DNA of 64,000 bases from Blastocatellia bacterium. Lineage in GTDB: Bacteria; Acidobacteriota; Blastocatellia; RBC074. Under the pieces are notes generated by a model. It was not told the origin of the DNA and did not search any database. It worked only from the letters and a program-made list of their open reading frames with translations. The position numbers were made by a program, and so were the translations under genes. Position 1 is the first letter of the stretch, and the number at the start of each line of letters is the position of its first letter. Location: assembly GCA_035560235.1 (NCBI GenBank), contig DATMAG010000113.1, positions 13,209 to 77,208 of the forward strand, written 5' to 3'. Below, piece by piece: positions 50,963 to 62,318 of this stretch.

Positions 50963-52165
50963 TCAGGCTGTCGGTTTATCGGGCGGCGGAGCCGAAGTGT
51001 AAAAGTCCTGATAGAATCGCTCGCAGTAAGTCTCGAGCAGGTGCTGCACCCGCCCCGGATCGTGCGACGTGACAATCAGCCCGGCGTGAAATTTCTTGTC
51101 CATCCGCCAGACGATCTCCGGGTCATTGTAAGCCGACAGATCGGGATGCTCCTGCCGCGCCAGCGAAATGATCACGCCGGAATAGAGTTCCCTGGTCGAA
51201 AGCACCCGGTGCGGACGATTTTCAGGATCGCATTCCACCCGCGCCCATTCGGCCCACAGATTGACGCCCGAAGCTGATTCGACCATTTCAGCAATATTGG
51301 CTCCGCCGACGCGCGCGGCGGTTTCGAGAAAATAGAAGTTGCCGTTCGCCGCTGACCTGATGAATTCAGTGTGCGCCACGCCGCGCACGAGTCCGAGTCC
51401 GAGGACGACCTTCCGGTTCAGTTCGCGCAGCGCGGTCGCCTCAGCGCCTTCGCGCGGCAGCGTGTATGAAGTGAAGATGCCGCCGCCGTGCATGATTGTG
51501 AAGGGCGGGTTGCCGTATTTGTGCGCGATTGAAAAGACGACTTCGCGCTCGGAAACGATCGAATCAACGTGATAGATCTCGCCCGGCACAAACTGTTCGA
51601 GCACGTGAAATGACTGTTCGTCACCAAGCGTGTCGAGCGTCGGCCAGAGTTCATCCGGATGCGAGAGTTTTTTGATTCCAATGGCTGAAGCGCTGAAACG
51701 AGGCTTGAGCACCCAGGGCGGCGGGACGCGCTCCATAAAGGCGCGCAGCCGGTCGTAGTTGATGACTTCGATGAACTCCGGCACGAGAATGCCCTTGTCC
51801 TGAGCCTGAATCCGCATCGCCAGCTTGTCGCGGAAGTAGCGCGCGGTCGTTTCTCCCATCCCGGGCACGCGGAGGTGTTCGCGCAGCGAGGCTGCCGTTT
51901 CAATATCGAATTCATCAAGCGGGATGATGCGGTCAAGGCTGCGTGTGCGAGCCAGGTAACTGACGGCATAAATCACGTCAGGCTTCTTTGAAGGGTCGGG
52001 CATCAGAAAGACTTCGTCAATGCTCTCGCGCGGCCAGGAGGCTTCGGCCAGTTTCTCCGTCGTCAGCAGCAGCACAGTGCAGCCCAGCCGCTTGCATTCA
52101 CGGATGAATTCCTGGCCCTTCTCATAACTCGCCAGACAGAGAATCGTCATCGGGGTGGCAGCCAT
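50963..52165 (-). CDS. ATP-grasp domain protein
   Basis: 400 aa. A pre-ATP-grasp N-domain ([28 protein letters not shown]) is followed by [30 protein letters not shown] and [13 protein letters not shown]. Confidence 0.75.
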   Translation of the reverse strand: MAATPMTILCLASYEKGQEFIRECKRLGCTVLLLTTEKLAEASWPRESIDEVFLMPDPSKKPDVIYAVSYLARTRSLDRIIPLDEFDIETAASLREHLRVPGMGETTARYFRDKLAMRIQAQDKGILVPEFIEVINYDRLRAFMERVPPPWVLKPRFSASAIGIKKLSHPDELWPTLDTLGDEQSFHVLEQFVPGEIYHVDSIVSEREVVFSIAHKYGNPPFTIMHGGGIFTSYTLPREGAEATALRELNRKVVLGLGLVRGVAHTEFIRSAANGNFYFLETAARVGGANIAEMVESASGVNLWAEWARVECDPENRPHRVLSTRELYSGVIISLARQEHPDLSAYNDPEIVWRMDKKFHAGLIVTSHDPGRVQHLLETYCERFYQDFYTSAPPPDKPTA

Positions 52166-52424
52166 AACAGGATTCCTCGCTCGAATGGTTTTGTTCCGGC
52201 CCGACTCAAATCAAAGCGCACAGGCGTGAAGGATTGCATGAATCAGTTCGCTTCGGGAGACGGTGTTGGGAGTTCCAGCTTCAGCTGGCTGTATTCCGGT
52301 ACGAACAGATCAGCTGAAGCCGGAACTCCGAACACAGTCTCCCGAAGGCGGATTTTCATTCGGCATTCTGCTGTTGCCTGCTTTGGTTTAAGTGCAGATA
52401 GTGGCAAACGAGCCTCACTATAAC

Positions 52425-52461
52425 GCAGAAGAAGAGGGCAGCCAAACTGGTCTGGCTGCCC
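52425..52461 (-). terminator. hairpin downstream of the TolC-like gene
   Basis: GGGCAGCC (52436-52443) pairs with GGCTGCCC (52454-52461). On the minus strand it is followed by TCTTCTTCTG. The T-tract is weak. Confidence 0.35.
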
Positions 52462-52486
52462 GGCAGGAATTCATGTTCGGAGGCCT

Positions 52487-54343
52487 TTATTTGCTCTTGT
52501 CGAGCGTTGCCGGAGCGGCGGGTTTGACCTCAATGCTGTTGCTTGAAAGCGTCGTCGCAATCACGCGCTGCAGCTCAGCGACGGCTTTGTTGAAGTCAGC
52601 AAGCGCCCGCAGTTCATCGCCCTGCGCCTGAGCGAGCTGAGTCTGGCGGGTCAGCACGAAGAAGGTCGTCGAAAGACCGGCCTGGAATTTCTTCTCCTCG
52701 CCTTCAAGCTGCTGCTGCGCATATTCACGCGCGGCGCGTGAAGCTTCAATGCGCATCTTCGCGGTTTCAACCGTCTGCACGGCATTGCGCACTTCGACTT
52801 CGATGGACTGCGCCTGACGGCGGGTCTGCAGATCAATCTGCCGCGACTCTTCGAGCGCCTTGCCGAGATTGGCCTTCGCCGTGCGGTTGCGGATCGGCAG
52901 CGTGATGTTGACGCCGACTGACCAGTTGCGGAATTCATTCCTGAACAGGTTCTTCAGCGCCGTGCCGTAGCCGCCGACGAAGTCCGAACTGATCGGGATC
53001 GGAGTCGTAATCGGGGTCGCATTGAAGGCTGTCTGAGTGGTGCCAAGCTGATAACCGACAATCTGCCCGTTTTGAACGACGGGAATAAAGGTCGGGCTGA
53101 CGCAGACCTTGCTGGTCGGATTATTCGGATCACCGAGTGGCAGCGGGGAAGTGCAGTTGCCAGTCACAGTGGTTGTTGCCGGGGTTCCGCCCGCGCCGTT
53201 CGTGCCGTACGAAGCCACGAAATCAATCTGCGGTTTGGTCTGATTGCGGAAGAAATCAATGTTGACCTGATTGATCTCCTTCTGGAGCGCAAACTGTTTG
53301 AGTTCGGGCCGGTTGTCCATCGCCAGTTTCAGCGCATCCGGCAGCGGCAGCGTGTTTGTTTGAACCTCAAAGGATTCGACCGGCGTGATCTGCGATGACC
53401 ACAAATCATCATTCGGGCTGCTCACGGTCAGCTGCTTGAGCGCGTTTTCAGCCTGCGCCACCTGATTCATCGCCTGAAAGACCTGCTGTCGGCGGGTCTC
53501 AAGATCGGTGGCGGCTGAGACGATGTCAATCGGCGCGAGCGTGCCGACTTCGACCTGGCGCTTGTTGTTGTTGAGCTGTGTTTCGGCCAGCTTCACCGAG
53601 GCGCGCTGAATCTCTTCGTTCTTGATCGCAAAGGCGAGATCCCAGTAGGCCTGCTGCACGCGCGCGATGATCTCAATCGCCCGCTGTCTGAAGACCGCAT
53701 CCGAGAGATCAAGATTCTTCTTCTGAATTTTGATCAGCCGCCGGTTGGTATCAATTCTGAAGTTTCTGGCCAGCGGCTGCGTGATGTTGAAGGACAGCGA
53801 GGGCTGATAGTTCGGCGTCAGCGTGGCCTGATTCGAGGTCGTGCGGGAGTTGTTGAAGGCGATTGAGTAAAAACCGCCGGTGCGTTCGTAATACTGCTGA
53901 AACCCGAAGTTGTAGTTGACCGTCTGAAAATTGATGTCGGGAATGTTGGAGCCGAGACCCGTGTTGCGACTGGTGTTCGGAATGATGCGTGAACTGTAGC
54001 TGATTCCCGAAGTCGCTGCCGGATCATAAAAGCCCTGCGCTGCAAACAGGTCGAACTGCGCCCGGCGCACGTTGACGCGCTCGAGTTCGATGTCCGGGTT
54101 GTTTTCGAGCGCGGCCAGAATCGCGTCCTTCAGCGTCCAGCGCACGACCTTGCCCGGTTCCAGTCCGACCGTGCGGGTGGGAATCGGGCGCGCCTGAATA
54201 TTGAGCGGGTTGGTCTGATCCTGCCCGCTCTGCTGTGTGGCCGGAGGCTGCGGCGTCTGCCCGAACGCGGCCAGCCCGCAGATGGCAGCCAGCAGGAGCG
54301 CCGCCGAATTGGTGATAAGAAGCTTGTGCCACCTGGTCATCAT
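52487..54343 (-). CDS. TolC-family outer membrane efflux protein
   Basis: ORF 52487..54370. ATG 54343 lies 7 nt after AGGGAG, and a signal peptide follows. There are two OEP repeats with long helical segments (..LKDAILAALENNPDIEL..; ..LPDALKLAMDNRPELKQ..). Confidence 0.8.
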   Translation of the reverse strand: MMTRWHKLLITNSAALLLAAICGLAAFGQTPQPPATQQSGQDQTNPLNIQARPIPTRTVGLEPGKVVRWTLKDAILAALENNPDIELERVNVRRAQFDLFAAQGFYDPAATSGISYSSRIIPNTSRNTGLGSNIPDINFQTVNYNFGFQQYYERTGGFYSIAFNNSRTTSNQATLTPNYQPSLSFNITQPLARNFRIDTNRRLIKIQKKNLDLSDAVFRQRAIEIIARVQQAYWDLAFAIKNEEIQRASVKLAETQLNNNKRQVEVGTLAPIDIVSAATDLETRRQQVFQAMNQVAQAENALKQLTVSSPNDDLWSSQITPVESFEVQTNTLPLPDALKLAMDNRPELKQFALQKEINQVNIDFFRNQTKPQIDFVASYGTNGAGGTPATTTVTGNCTSPLPLGDPNNPTSKVCVSPTFIPVVQNGQIVGYQLGTTQTAFNATPITTPIPISSDFVGGYGTALKNLFRNEFRNWSVGVNITLPIRNRTAKANLGKALEESRQIDLQTRRQAQSIEVEVRNAVQTVETAKMRIEASRAAREYAQQQLEGEEKKFQAGLSTTFFVLTRQTQLAQAQGDELRALADFNKAVAELQRVIATTLSSNSIEVKPAAPATLDKSK

Positions 54344-54531
54344 TGCAAATCTCCCTTTCGGAACTTTCATTCAGAATCTGTCTGAGCGGATGTAATCACG
54401 GTTGACGGATGAAGGCTTCGCCAGTTCGACAAAACCTTACGAACCCCGCTGCCGGACGGTTGCAGAAAAGTTGGAAGTGGAACCCGGCGTTTGAATCTTA
54501 GCATCATTCAGATAACGGCTGGAATCCTGAT

Positions 54532-55800
54532 TTATGAACGGTAATCCGCATTGATGCGAATATAACCTTCGGTCAGGTCACACGTCCAGGCTGTCGTTTC
54601 AGCTTCGCCCTGGTGCAGATTGACTGTCAGCGTGACCTCGTCGCGCGCGAGAATCTCGAGCGCCCGCTGTTCATCGAACTTCAGCCCGCCGCCACGACGA
54701 CAGACCGGCAGGCTGCCGATTCTGATCTCGACCTTCGAGACATCGAACCGCGCTCCGCTGCGTCCGGCAGCCATCATGATGCGGCCCCAGTTGGCGTCCT
54801 CACCGGCAATCGCGGTTTTGACGAGCGGACTGGTCGCAATCGTTTCGGCAATGCGTTTCGCATCACGCTCGGTCGGCGCATTGAGCACGCGCACCGTGAC
54901 GAGCTTGCGTGCGCCTTCACCGTCGCGGGCGACTTCGATGGCGAGCGCGCGGCAGACTTCTGTCAGCGCCGCAGTGAACTGTTCGAAGGCTGCGCCCTTC
55001 GCCTGCGTGACCGGTTCATTTTCCGCCGCGCCATTGGCCAGCACGGCCAGCGTGTCGTTGGTCGAAGTGTCGCCGTCCACCGAGATGCGATTGAAGCTTG
55101 CTTCAACGGCGCGTTTGAGCGCCGCCTGGAGCGCAGACTTGCTGACTGCGGCGTCGGTCGTGACGAACGAAAGCATCGTTGCCATATTCGGATGGATCAT
55201 TCCCGAACCTTTGGCCACGCCCGCAATGGTGACGTTTTTGCCGCCGAGCCTGATTCTTTTCATCGCCCGCTTGGGGCGCGTGTCGGTGGTCATCATCGCT
55301 TCGGCCACGCGCGCGCCCGCTTCGCGTGAAAGCTGCGATGTGGCGGCGAGGATGCCCGCTTCAAGTTTCTGCATATCGAGCCGCACGCCGATCACGCCGG
55401 TCGAAGCGACCAGGATTTCACGCGGATCGCACCCGAGCTGTGCGGCGAGCAGTTGCGTGGTGCGTTGCGCGTCCTTCATTCCGGCCTCGCCCGTGCAGGC
55501 ATTGGCGCACCCGGCGTTGACGATGAAGGCGCGATGAGTTCGGTGCCGCAGATTTTCGCGCGAGAGCACGACGGGCGCGGCCTGCACGAGGTTCTGCGTG
55601 AAGACGGCGGCGGCGACTGCCGGACGTTCTGAGTAAATGACGGCCAGGTCTTCACCGGCCTTTTTCAGACCGCAGCGCACACTCGCCGCCAGAAAGCCGC
55701 GTGGTGCAGTGATTGAGTGTGATTGCGGATTGTGGCCGTTGTTCTGAGGAGTCGGGGATTGTTCTGTCTCAGTCATCTTTGGTTCAGCGGGTCCTTCCAT
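54532..55800 (-). CDS. argJ: bifunctional glutamate N-acetyltransferase / amino-acid acetyltransferase
   Basis: 422 aa. The sequence includes [18 protein letters not shown].., the autoprocessing site ..[14 protein letters not shown].. and the C-terminal ..[15 protein letters not shown]. Confidence 0.9.
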   Translation of the reverse strand: MEGPAEPKMTETEQSPTPQNNGHNPQSHSITAPRGFLAASVRCGLKKAGEDLAVIYSERPAVAAAVFTQNLVQAAPVVLSRENLRHRTHRAFIVNAGCANACTGEAGMKDAQRTTQLLAAQLGCDPREILVASTGVIGVRLDMQKLEAGILAATSQLSREAGARVAEAMMTTDTRPKRAMKRIRLGGKNVTIAGVAKGSGMIHPNMATMLSFVTTDAAVSKSALQAALKRAVEASFNRISVDGDTSTNDTLAVLANGAAENEPVTQAKGAAFEQFTAALTEVCRALAIEVARDGEGARKLVTVRVLNAPTERDAKRIAETIATSPLVKTAIAGEDANWGRIMMAAGRSGARFDVSKVEIRIGSLPVCRRGGGLKFDEQRALEILARDEVTLTVNLHQGEAETTAWTCDLTEGYIRINADYRS

Positions 55801-55947
55801 TATTCGGGTGAAACGTAAGCCAAATTCCGTGCCAGCAGGGCCGAATGATTAAATGGCGAAATCATTCAGTTCCGAGCAATCTGCGCCGGTCGCTGCTGTT
55901 CGCTGGTGTCCGTTTTCGAGAAAGCAGTGTCCGCAAGCGGATGCTGC

Positions 55948-56484
55948 TTACTCTTCAATGCGCGACTTTTCGATTCTGACAATCGGGACGTTGACCTGGC
56001 TGACATCGAACGGTTCGGGATGCGTGCCGGGCTGCAGGTCAAGCACCATCGCCACTTCGTCGCAGCAGTTGAACTTGTTGCAGTTGACGCAGTCCATCCA
56101 GACCTTGCGCGACATGGATTCGTGCGGCACAACGCGAAAGCCGAGCCTGGCAAAAAAATCGGTGACATAAGTGAAGGCGTAAACCTGCACCAGATTGTGC
56201 TCGCGGGCTTCGGCAATGTTGGCTTCAACCAGAGCGCGCCCGATGCCGCGCCGACCGGCGTTCTCGTCCACCGCGAGCGACCGCACTTCGGCCATATCGC
56301 CCCACGTGAAATGCAGCGCCGAACAGCCGAGGATTCTGCCGTCCGCTTCCGCGACGTGAAAATCGCGGATGTTTTCATAAATGCTCAGCAGGTTGCGCGG
56401 CAGCATCAGCTGCCTGTTCGCATAGTGATTGATGAGCGCATGGATCTGCAAAGCATCACCCGTTCTGGCGCGTCGAATTTCCAT
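55948..56484 (-). CDS. short GNAT acetyltransferase, N-acetylglutamate-synthase-like, with C-terminal Cys cluster
   Basis: 178 aa. The sequence is [22 protein letters not shown]...[18 protein letters not shown].. and the C-terminus is [17 protein letters not shown]. It lies inside the arg cluster. Confidence 0.7.
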   Translation of the reverse strand: MEIRRARTGDALQIHALINHYANRQLMLPRNLLSIYENIRDFHVAEADGRILGCSALHFTWGDMAEVRSLAVDENAGRRGIGRALVEANIAEAREHNLVQVYAFTYVTDFFARLGFRVVPHESMSRKVWMDCVNCNKFNCCDEVAMVLDLQPGTHPEPFDVSQVNVPIVRIEKSRIEE

Positions 56485-56491
56485 CAGTGAT

Positions 56492-56911
56492 TCAGTGTTT
56501 CCTTTCAGTCTGTTCTCTGTGTTTCAGGTAATCGCCGTCAGCGATCAGCGGCAGGCCGTCAGTCGGGCGATTGTAAGCGTACATCCAGCAGCTCAGCGTC
56601 TGCCCGTCAGACATCCGGACTGTGCAGCGGGTTCGGACAAACAGGCTCGCCTGCGGCGAGTACGGATCAAAGCCTTCATATTCATCGAGCGCCTTCAGCA
56701 GCGCCTCGTCAGCAGGCAGCCTGAAGACCTTTCCGACAATCAGTGCATCTGCGCTTTCATCAGGCACCGCGCCGGGATACTCGCCCAGGTCATACATTCT
56801 GCCGCGCACCACGCCGGAGCCGATGAACTGAAAGCGCGCGACGATTTCCTGCAGCGCAGCCGGAACGAGTTCAGGCAGCAGCGTACCGCAGACAAACAGC
56901 AGGTCGTTCAT
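56492..56911 (-). CDS. gamma-glutamylcyclotransferase (AIG2/GGCT-like)
   Basis: 139 aa. The sequence LFVCGTLL.......[13 protein letters not shown].......VGKVF......LDEYEG matches the AIG2-like pattern. Its start overlaps the argB stop by 4 nt. Confidence 0.75.
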   Translation of the reverse strand: MNDLLFVCGTLLPELVPAALQEIVARFQFIGSGVVRGRMYDLGEYPGAVPDESADALIVGKVFRLPADEALLKALDEYEGFDPYSPQASLFVRTRCTVRMSDGQTLSCWMYAYNRPTDGLPLIADGDYLKHREQTERKH

Positions 56912-57690
56912 TCCGTGATTGTGGTTCCGATCTCTTCGCCACTGAGCGCACGCTGCAGTGACATTTCGGTCGCAGCGCCGATGATCATAATGCGGCGCAC
57001 GCCTGCATCGAGCGCTTCAAGGCAGGCGCGCAGTTTCGGACGCATGCCGCCGCTCGCCACGCCGCTTCTGAGCAGCTGCTCCATTCCGGAGCGACTGAGG
57101 CGGGCAAGCTGCTCGCCGTTTGCATCCCTGACGCCGCCGACATCGGTGACGAAAATCAGTTCGTCGGCGCGCGCGGCGGCGGCCACTGCCGCCGCCATCT
57201 GATCGCCGTTGACGTTGTGATATTCGTTGTCGTGAACGCCGAGCGTCAGACAGGCGAAGACCGGAATCATGCTGAGCTGCAGAATCGCTTCGGTCAGTTC
57301 GGGACGCGTGCGCGCAACCTGACCGACAAAGCCGAGATCGGTTCCGTCCTCAGGGCGCAGGCGGGTTGACAGAAAACTCATTCCGTCGCCGCCCGCCAGG
57401 CTCACTGCCGGAACATTGAGGCGCGACAGATCAGCGACCAGATCCTTGCCGACCTTGCCAAGCACCATCTGCACCACGTCGCGCGTTTCGCGGTCAGTGA
57501 TTCGCAGCCCGTCGTGAAAGCGCGAGGCGATGCCGAGCCGCTCAAGCATCGCGGCAATCTGTTTGCCGCCGCCGTGAACCAGCACCAGTTCGTGTCCGGC
57601 GTGACGAAGTTCACTGAGCTGATAAACCAGACTGAGCCGCAGCGGGGTTTCGCTCAGGACACTGCCACCAAGTTTGATCGCTGCACGCAT
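56908..57690 (-). CDS. argB: acetylglutamate kinase
   Basis: 260 aa with the motifs [25 protein letters not shown] and [12 protein letters not shown]. Confidence 0.9.
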   Translation of the reverse strand: MRAAIKLGGSVLSETPLRLSLVYQLSELRHAGHELVLVHGGGKQIAAMLERLGIASRFHDGLRITDRETRDVVQMVLGKVGKDLVADLSRLNVPAVSLAGGDGMSFLSTRLRPEDGTDLGFVGQVARTRPELTEAILQLSMIPVFACLTLGVHDNEYHNVNGDQMAAAVAAAARADELIFVTDVGGVRDANGEQLARLSRSGMEQLLRSGVASGGMRPKLRACLEALDAGVRRIMIIGAATEMSLQRALSGEEIGTTITE

Positions 57691-57782
57691 ACCTGCAAAT
57701 TCGGGATTTGAGATTTGGGATTTGAGATTGCAGACGGAATTGCGCGGAGCGTTACTTCAATCTGCAATCACAAATCTGAATT

Positions 57783-58835
57783 TCACCAGATTCCTTCACG
57801 TTCATCGAAGCCGAGGGCGAGGTTGGCATTCTGCAGCGCCTGACTCGCTGCGCCCTTCAGCAGGTTGTCTTCTGCCGAGACGATCACGGCCTGGCGCGGC
57901 GCATCGGCCTCACCGCTTTCATCAACGACACAGCCGATGTCGCAGAACGGAGTCCCGGCGGCGAATTTGATCTCCGGCAGTTGCGCACTGTCAAAGAGGC
58001 GCACAAACGGCGCTCCGGTGAAGGCTTCCCGCCAGAGCTGATGAATGTCGGTGCGCGTGACGCCGGGTTTCAACTGAACGTAAATCGTCGAAAGAATGCC
58101 GCGATTGATCGGCAGCAGGTGCGGCGTGAAGATCAGCGACGCTGATGAGCGACTGAGGCCCAGGCCCTGCGCGATTTCAGGCTGATGGCGATGCCTGAAG
58201 AGATTGTAGGCTCGCAGGCTTTCGCTGACCTCGACAAAGTGTGTGCCCGCAACCGGCGTTTTGCCCGCTCCGGTGACGCCCGATTTTGAATCGCAGATGA
58301 TCGGCTGCCCGGCGACGATCACGCCCGCCTTCAGCAGCGGCGCGACCGGAATCAGAATCGAAGTCGGATAGCAGCCGGGATTCGCAATCAGCCGCGCGCC
58401 GCGCAGTTCTTCGCGCGCAAATTCGGTGAGTCCGTAGACAGCTTTGCCGAGCAGTTCCGGATGCGCGTGCGCGAAGCCGTAAAACTTCGGGTAAAGCCCG
58501 GCTTCGCGCAGCCGATAAGAACCACTGAGGTCAACCACTGTCGCGCCGGTTTCGAGCAGCGACGGCACGACCTCGTGCGAGAATTCGTTGGGCGTGGCCA
58601 GAAAGATCAGTCCGGCGTTGAGCCGGGCCACGGCGGCTTCGTCAAACGGCTCGCAGACGGCTGCGGTCAGGCCGGTCAGCTGTGGATGAATGGCCGCGAG
58701 CGGGGTCGCTTCAGCGCCGCGCGAGGCGAAGGCTCCGGCCAGTTCAAGGCGCGGGTGCCGGAGCAGCAGCCGGATCAGCTCACGTCCCGAATAACCAGTC
58801 GCGCCGATCACCAGGGCGCGGACCTTATTGCTCAT
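57783..58835 (-). CDS. argC: N-acetyl-gamma-glutamyl-phosphate reductase
   Basis: ORF 57783..58940. ATG 58835 lies 6 nt after GGAGAG and gives MSNKVRALVIGATGYSGRELIRLL. The active site is ANPGCYPTS. Confidence 0.9.
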   Translation of the reverse strand: MSNKVRALVIGATGYSGRELIRLLLRHPRLELAGAFASRGAEATPLAAIHPQLTGLTAAVCEPFDEAAVARLNAGLIFLATPNEFSHEVVPSLLETGATVVDLSGSYRLREAGLYPKFYGFAHAHPELLGKAVYGLTEFAREELRGARLIANPGCYPTSILIPVAPLLKAGVIVAGQPIICDSKSGVTGAGKTPVAGTHFVEVSESLRAYNLFRHRHQPEIAQGLGLSRSSASLIFTPHLLPINRGILSTIYVQLKPGVTRTDIHQLWREAFTGAPFVRLFDSAQLPEIKFAAGTPFCDIGCVVDESGEADAPRQAVIVSAEDNLLKGAASQALQNANLALGFDEREGIW

Positions 58836-59149
58836 CAGCATCTCTCCAGAAGACAGGGTGTCGAAGAAGTCTGTCAGTGTACAACATCGGTGCGGAAAGG
58901 ACGAAGGCACGGGAATTAAATTAGAGGAACAGCCGCGCAAATACTGCTTGAATGAGTCCTCATCTGACCTCTATACTCCGCGCCGAACAGCCCTGATCCC
59001 GCTCGCCCCGCCCTGATGGTCTCAGTCCGAAAGCGAACAAAGTTGCCCGGATAATTCAGTCAGGACAGCTTCGACGGCTGTTCGTGCCAGGCATCGGAAT
59101 CAATTGCCCCACTCCCCCCAACAATTGATGTGATGAATGAGGTGCAGAA

Positions 59150-62134
59150 GTGTCTGAAGCAGAGAGCAGAAGCGTAAGTCCGTCCGTTCGCGCTACCGTC
59201 AGAAAGTTTTACCGACAGCACAGGTTCAGCCTCGGCTGCCTCATCATCGGGCTGCTGGTCATCACGGCCATGCTGCTGGTGATGGCGCAGTACCGCCGCG
59301 ACACCCTGGCCGCGAAGCGGAACTGTCTGCTCGCGGCCGAACGAATGAACATATTCGCCCGGATTCAGGTTCATTTCAATCAGGCGAGTCGCAGCCGGGC
59401 CCTTGCGCTGATTGCTTCAAACCCGGAGCAGATTCGCCGTTATGATGAACAGTCACATCAGAGCGAGGCTCAGGCGCTGCAGATGATCACGGAGTTCACG
59501 CTCAGGTCAACGGATGCCGGAGAGAAGCGTCTTTTCGAACAGCTCCGGCACGATCTGCTGGAAGTGCGCGCCTTCACCGACCGGATGCTGGCCGAGAAGA
59601 CGCACACTGACATTCAGGCGCTGGCCGACCGGTACGTGACCGAAGGCGGGGCGGTCAGTGAGAGGATCCGCGATGATCTGCGCCAGATTACGGGTTATTA
59701 CCAGCAGGGCTTTCAGCAGCAGCTGCGGGACTGGCACGAGCAGTCGAACCGCTCCTTCTGGCGGATGTGCGCCATTCCGGGCACCGTGCTGCTGCTGGCT
59801 GGCGTGGCCATTGGCAGCCTGCATCAGCGTCGCCTCAGAGAGGCCGAACAATCTGAACAACTGCTGCGCGATGTCTTTGAATCCTTCAACGAACCGATCT
59901 TCGTGGTGGGCGACGGTGGCTGCGTTCACATCTGGAACACGGCGAGCCGCGTGCGGATGGGGCGGCAGGAGGCGGAGGTCATCGGGCGACCGCTCGCTGA
60001 AGCCTTTCCCTCGCTCCGCGACACGGAACTCGCACGTCTCGTCGCTCAGGTCTCTCAGGCCACTGGCCCGCGGATCATTCCGCAGCTCGCGCTCGATCAG
60101 GCCGAGAGTGAAACTCTTTACGAAGTCCGCATCTTTCCGTTTCGGCGCGGCGCGACCGTTTACGCCCGCGACATCACGCGGCAGAAGAAGGCTGAACTCG
60201 CCATCCGGCGCAGCGAGGAACTCTTTCGCGCCATGTTCGCGGGCAGCCCGCTGCCGATGTTTGTCTGCGATCTGAAGACGCTGGAGATTCTCGAGGTCAA
60301 CGATCAGTTCATTGAATCGTACGGCTGGACGCGCGAAGAGATACAGCACATGCGGCTGACCGACATTCACCCGCCGGAAGATCTTCCGGCCTTCAGGGAA
60401 CGTCTCAACAGACGGCAGCCGGGCGTGCAGGTCACCAGCGAATCGCGCCATCAGCGACAGAACGGCGAGATCATTGATGTTATGGTTTATGCCAGTCCCC
60501 TTGAATATCAGGGCCGCGAAGCCGCTGTCATCGTGGCTCAGGACATCACCGCGCGCAAGCGCACCGAATCAATTCTGCGCCTGAGGGAAGCGCAGCTGCG
60601 CGAGGCCCGGCAGTTTACCGAACTGGTCATCTCCAATGCCGGCGATGGCGTGGTCGTCCTCGACTGCTGGATGCGCCATCTGCTCTGGAACCAGACAATG
60701 GAACGCCTCACCGGAATCCCGGCGGCGCAGGCGCTCGGTCGTCACGCGCGGGAAAACTTTCCCGGCCTGGTGCTCGCTGAACTCGAACGCTGTCATCGTC
60801 AGGCGCTGCGCGGCCAGCTCGTCACGAGTCCCGATTTTCAGCTCCTCTCAGGCGAAGGCGAGCAACTGTGGCTTTCAGCAACCTTTGCCCCGAACCGCTC
60901 TTCAGCGGGCGAAATCCTCGGCACGATTGCGATGTTTCATGATGTCACGAGCCGCCGTCACGCCGAGGAAGCGCTGCGCGCAAGCGAAGAGCGGCTGCGC
61001 GAGGCCAGGCAGCTTGCCGAACAGATCGTCTCGAATGCCGGTGAGGCGGTGACGCTCTATGACCGCGAAATGCGTTACCGCATGGTCAATCACAAGGTCG
61101 AGGAACTGACCGGCCTGAAGGCTGATGAACTGCTGGGCCGGTGCGTTTACGATCTCTTCCCGCAACTGAAGGAGCAGGGCATGGATCGCTATCATCAGCG
61201 GGCGATGGAAGGTGAAACCGTCACCACGCCGGACTTTCTGGTAACCGCGCCGAATGGCCGGACGTTCTGGGCCTTTTCGGCCTGCGCGCCCTGTCGCAAC
61301 GCTCGCGACGAGATCGCCGGCATCATCGTCATCACCCGCGACGTTACCGAACGCCGCCGCGCCGAGGAGGAACTGAAGGAGATTGCTGCCAGGCTGACGC
61401 GCAGCAATCGTGAACTGCAGGATTTCGCTTACATCGCCTCACACGACCTGCAGGAGCCGCTGCGCAAGATTCAGACCTTCGGCGACCGGCTGAAGGTGAA
61501 ATGCGCCGAGGCGCTCAGCGCGGACGGGCGCGATTATCTGGAACGGATGCAGAGCGCGGCAGCCCGCATGCAGACGCTGATTACCGATCTGCTGGCCTTT
61601 TCACGCGTCATGTCGCGGGAGCAGCCTTTCGAACAGGTCAGCCTGGACAAGCTCGCGCGCGAAGTGATCTCGGATCTTGAGGTGCTGATTGAGAAGACTG
61701 GCGGAAGAGTTGAAACCAACCCGCTCCCGGTCGTCGAGGCCGATCCGACGCAGATGCGGCAGTTGCTGCAGAATCTGATCGGCAACGCGCTCAAGTTCCA
61801 TCGCCCTGATCAGCCGCCCGTCGTCACGCTCAGCAGTGAAATCATCAGCAGCGCAAACGGCGCGCCCGCGCTGTGTCAGATCAGCGTGGCCGACAACGGC
61901 ATCGGTTTTGACGAGAAATATCTCGACCGCATCTTTGCCGTCTTTCAGCGGCTGCACGGGCGGAGCGAGTACGAGGGCACCGGCGTCGGGCTGGCAATCT
62001 GCCGCAAGATCGTCGAACGGCACGGCTGGACGATTACGGCCCGCAGTGAGCCTGGCGCGGGCGCGACATTCATCATCACTCTGCCTGCTCAGGCAGCCTC
62101 AGTCGCAGAGTCGGCAGCACAGGCCGTCATCTGA
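59150..62134 (+). CDS. multi-PAS sensor histidine kinase
   Basis: 994 aa. An N-terminal TM is followed by a helical sensor and a second TM. About four PAS/PAC modules follow, each ending ..DIT.RK.AE / DVT.RR.AEE. HisKA is ASHDLQEPLRK and HATPase_c is DNGIGF..GTGVGLAI. Confidence 0.85.
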   Translation: MSEAESRSVSPSVRATVRKFYRQHRFSLGCLIIGLLVITAMLLVMAQYRRDTLAAKRNCLLAAERMNIFARIQVHFNQASRSRALALIASNPEQIRRYDEQSHQSEAQALQMITEFTLRSTDAGEKRLFEQLRHDLLEVRAFTDRMLAEKTHTDIQALADRYVTEGGAVSERIRDDLRQITGYYQQGFQQQLRDWHEQSNRSFWRMCAIPGTVLLLAGVAIGSLHQRRLREAEQSEQLLRDVFESFNEPIFVVGDGGCVHIWNTASRVRMGRQEAEVIGRPLAEAFPSLRDTELARLVAQVSQATGPRIIPQLALDQAESETLYEVRIFPFRRGATVYARDITRQKKAELAIRRSEELFRAMFAGSPLPMFVCDLKTLEILEVNDQFIESYGWTREEIQHMRLTDIHPPEDLPAFRERLNRRQPGVQVTSESRHQRQNGEIIDVMVYASPLEYQGREAAVIVAQDITARKRTESILRLREAQLREARQFTELVISNAGDGVVVLDCWMRHLLWNQTMERLTGIPAAQALGRHARENFPGLVLAELERCHRQALRGQLVTSPDFQLLSGEGEQLWLSATFAPNRSSAGEILGTIAMFHDVTSRRHAEEALRASEERLREARQLAEQIVSNAGEAVTLYDREMRYRMVNHKVEELTGLKADELLGRCVYDLFPQLKEQGMDRYHQRAMEGETVTTPDFLVTAPNGRTFWAFSACAPCRNARDEIAGIIVITRDVTERRRAEEELKEIAARLTRSNRELQDFAYIASHDLQEPLRKIQTFGDRLKVKCAEALSADGRDYLERMQSAAARMQTLITDLLAFSRVMSREQPFEQVSLDKLAREVISDLEVLIEKTGGRVETNPLPVVEADPTQMRQLLQNLIGNALKFHRPDQPPVVTLSSEIISSANGAPALCQISVADNGIGFDEKYLDRIFAVFQRLHGRSEYEGTGVGLAICRKIVERHGWTITARSEPGAGATFIITLPAQAASVAESAAQAVI

Positions 62135-62318
62135 ACCCTGCACGGATTTTGTTACCGGGAGCGCGGTCGTTCCGCCCCGTCACCCGTCCGGTTGCCGCAA
62201 ACCGGCGTTCAGCCTGACCGCACTCCTGCTGGCAGGCCATCCCGTTTACATCGGGAAAACTTCGGACAGCGCAGCAGGAGACACCCCAATCAATCAACCG
62301 CCCCTGAACCGCTGTAGT

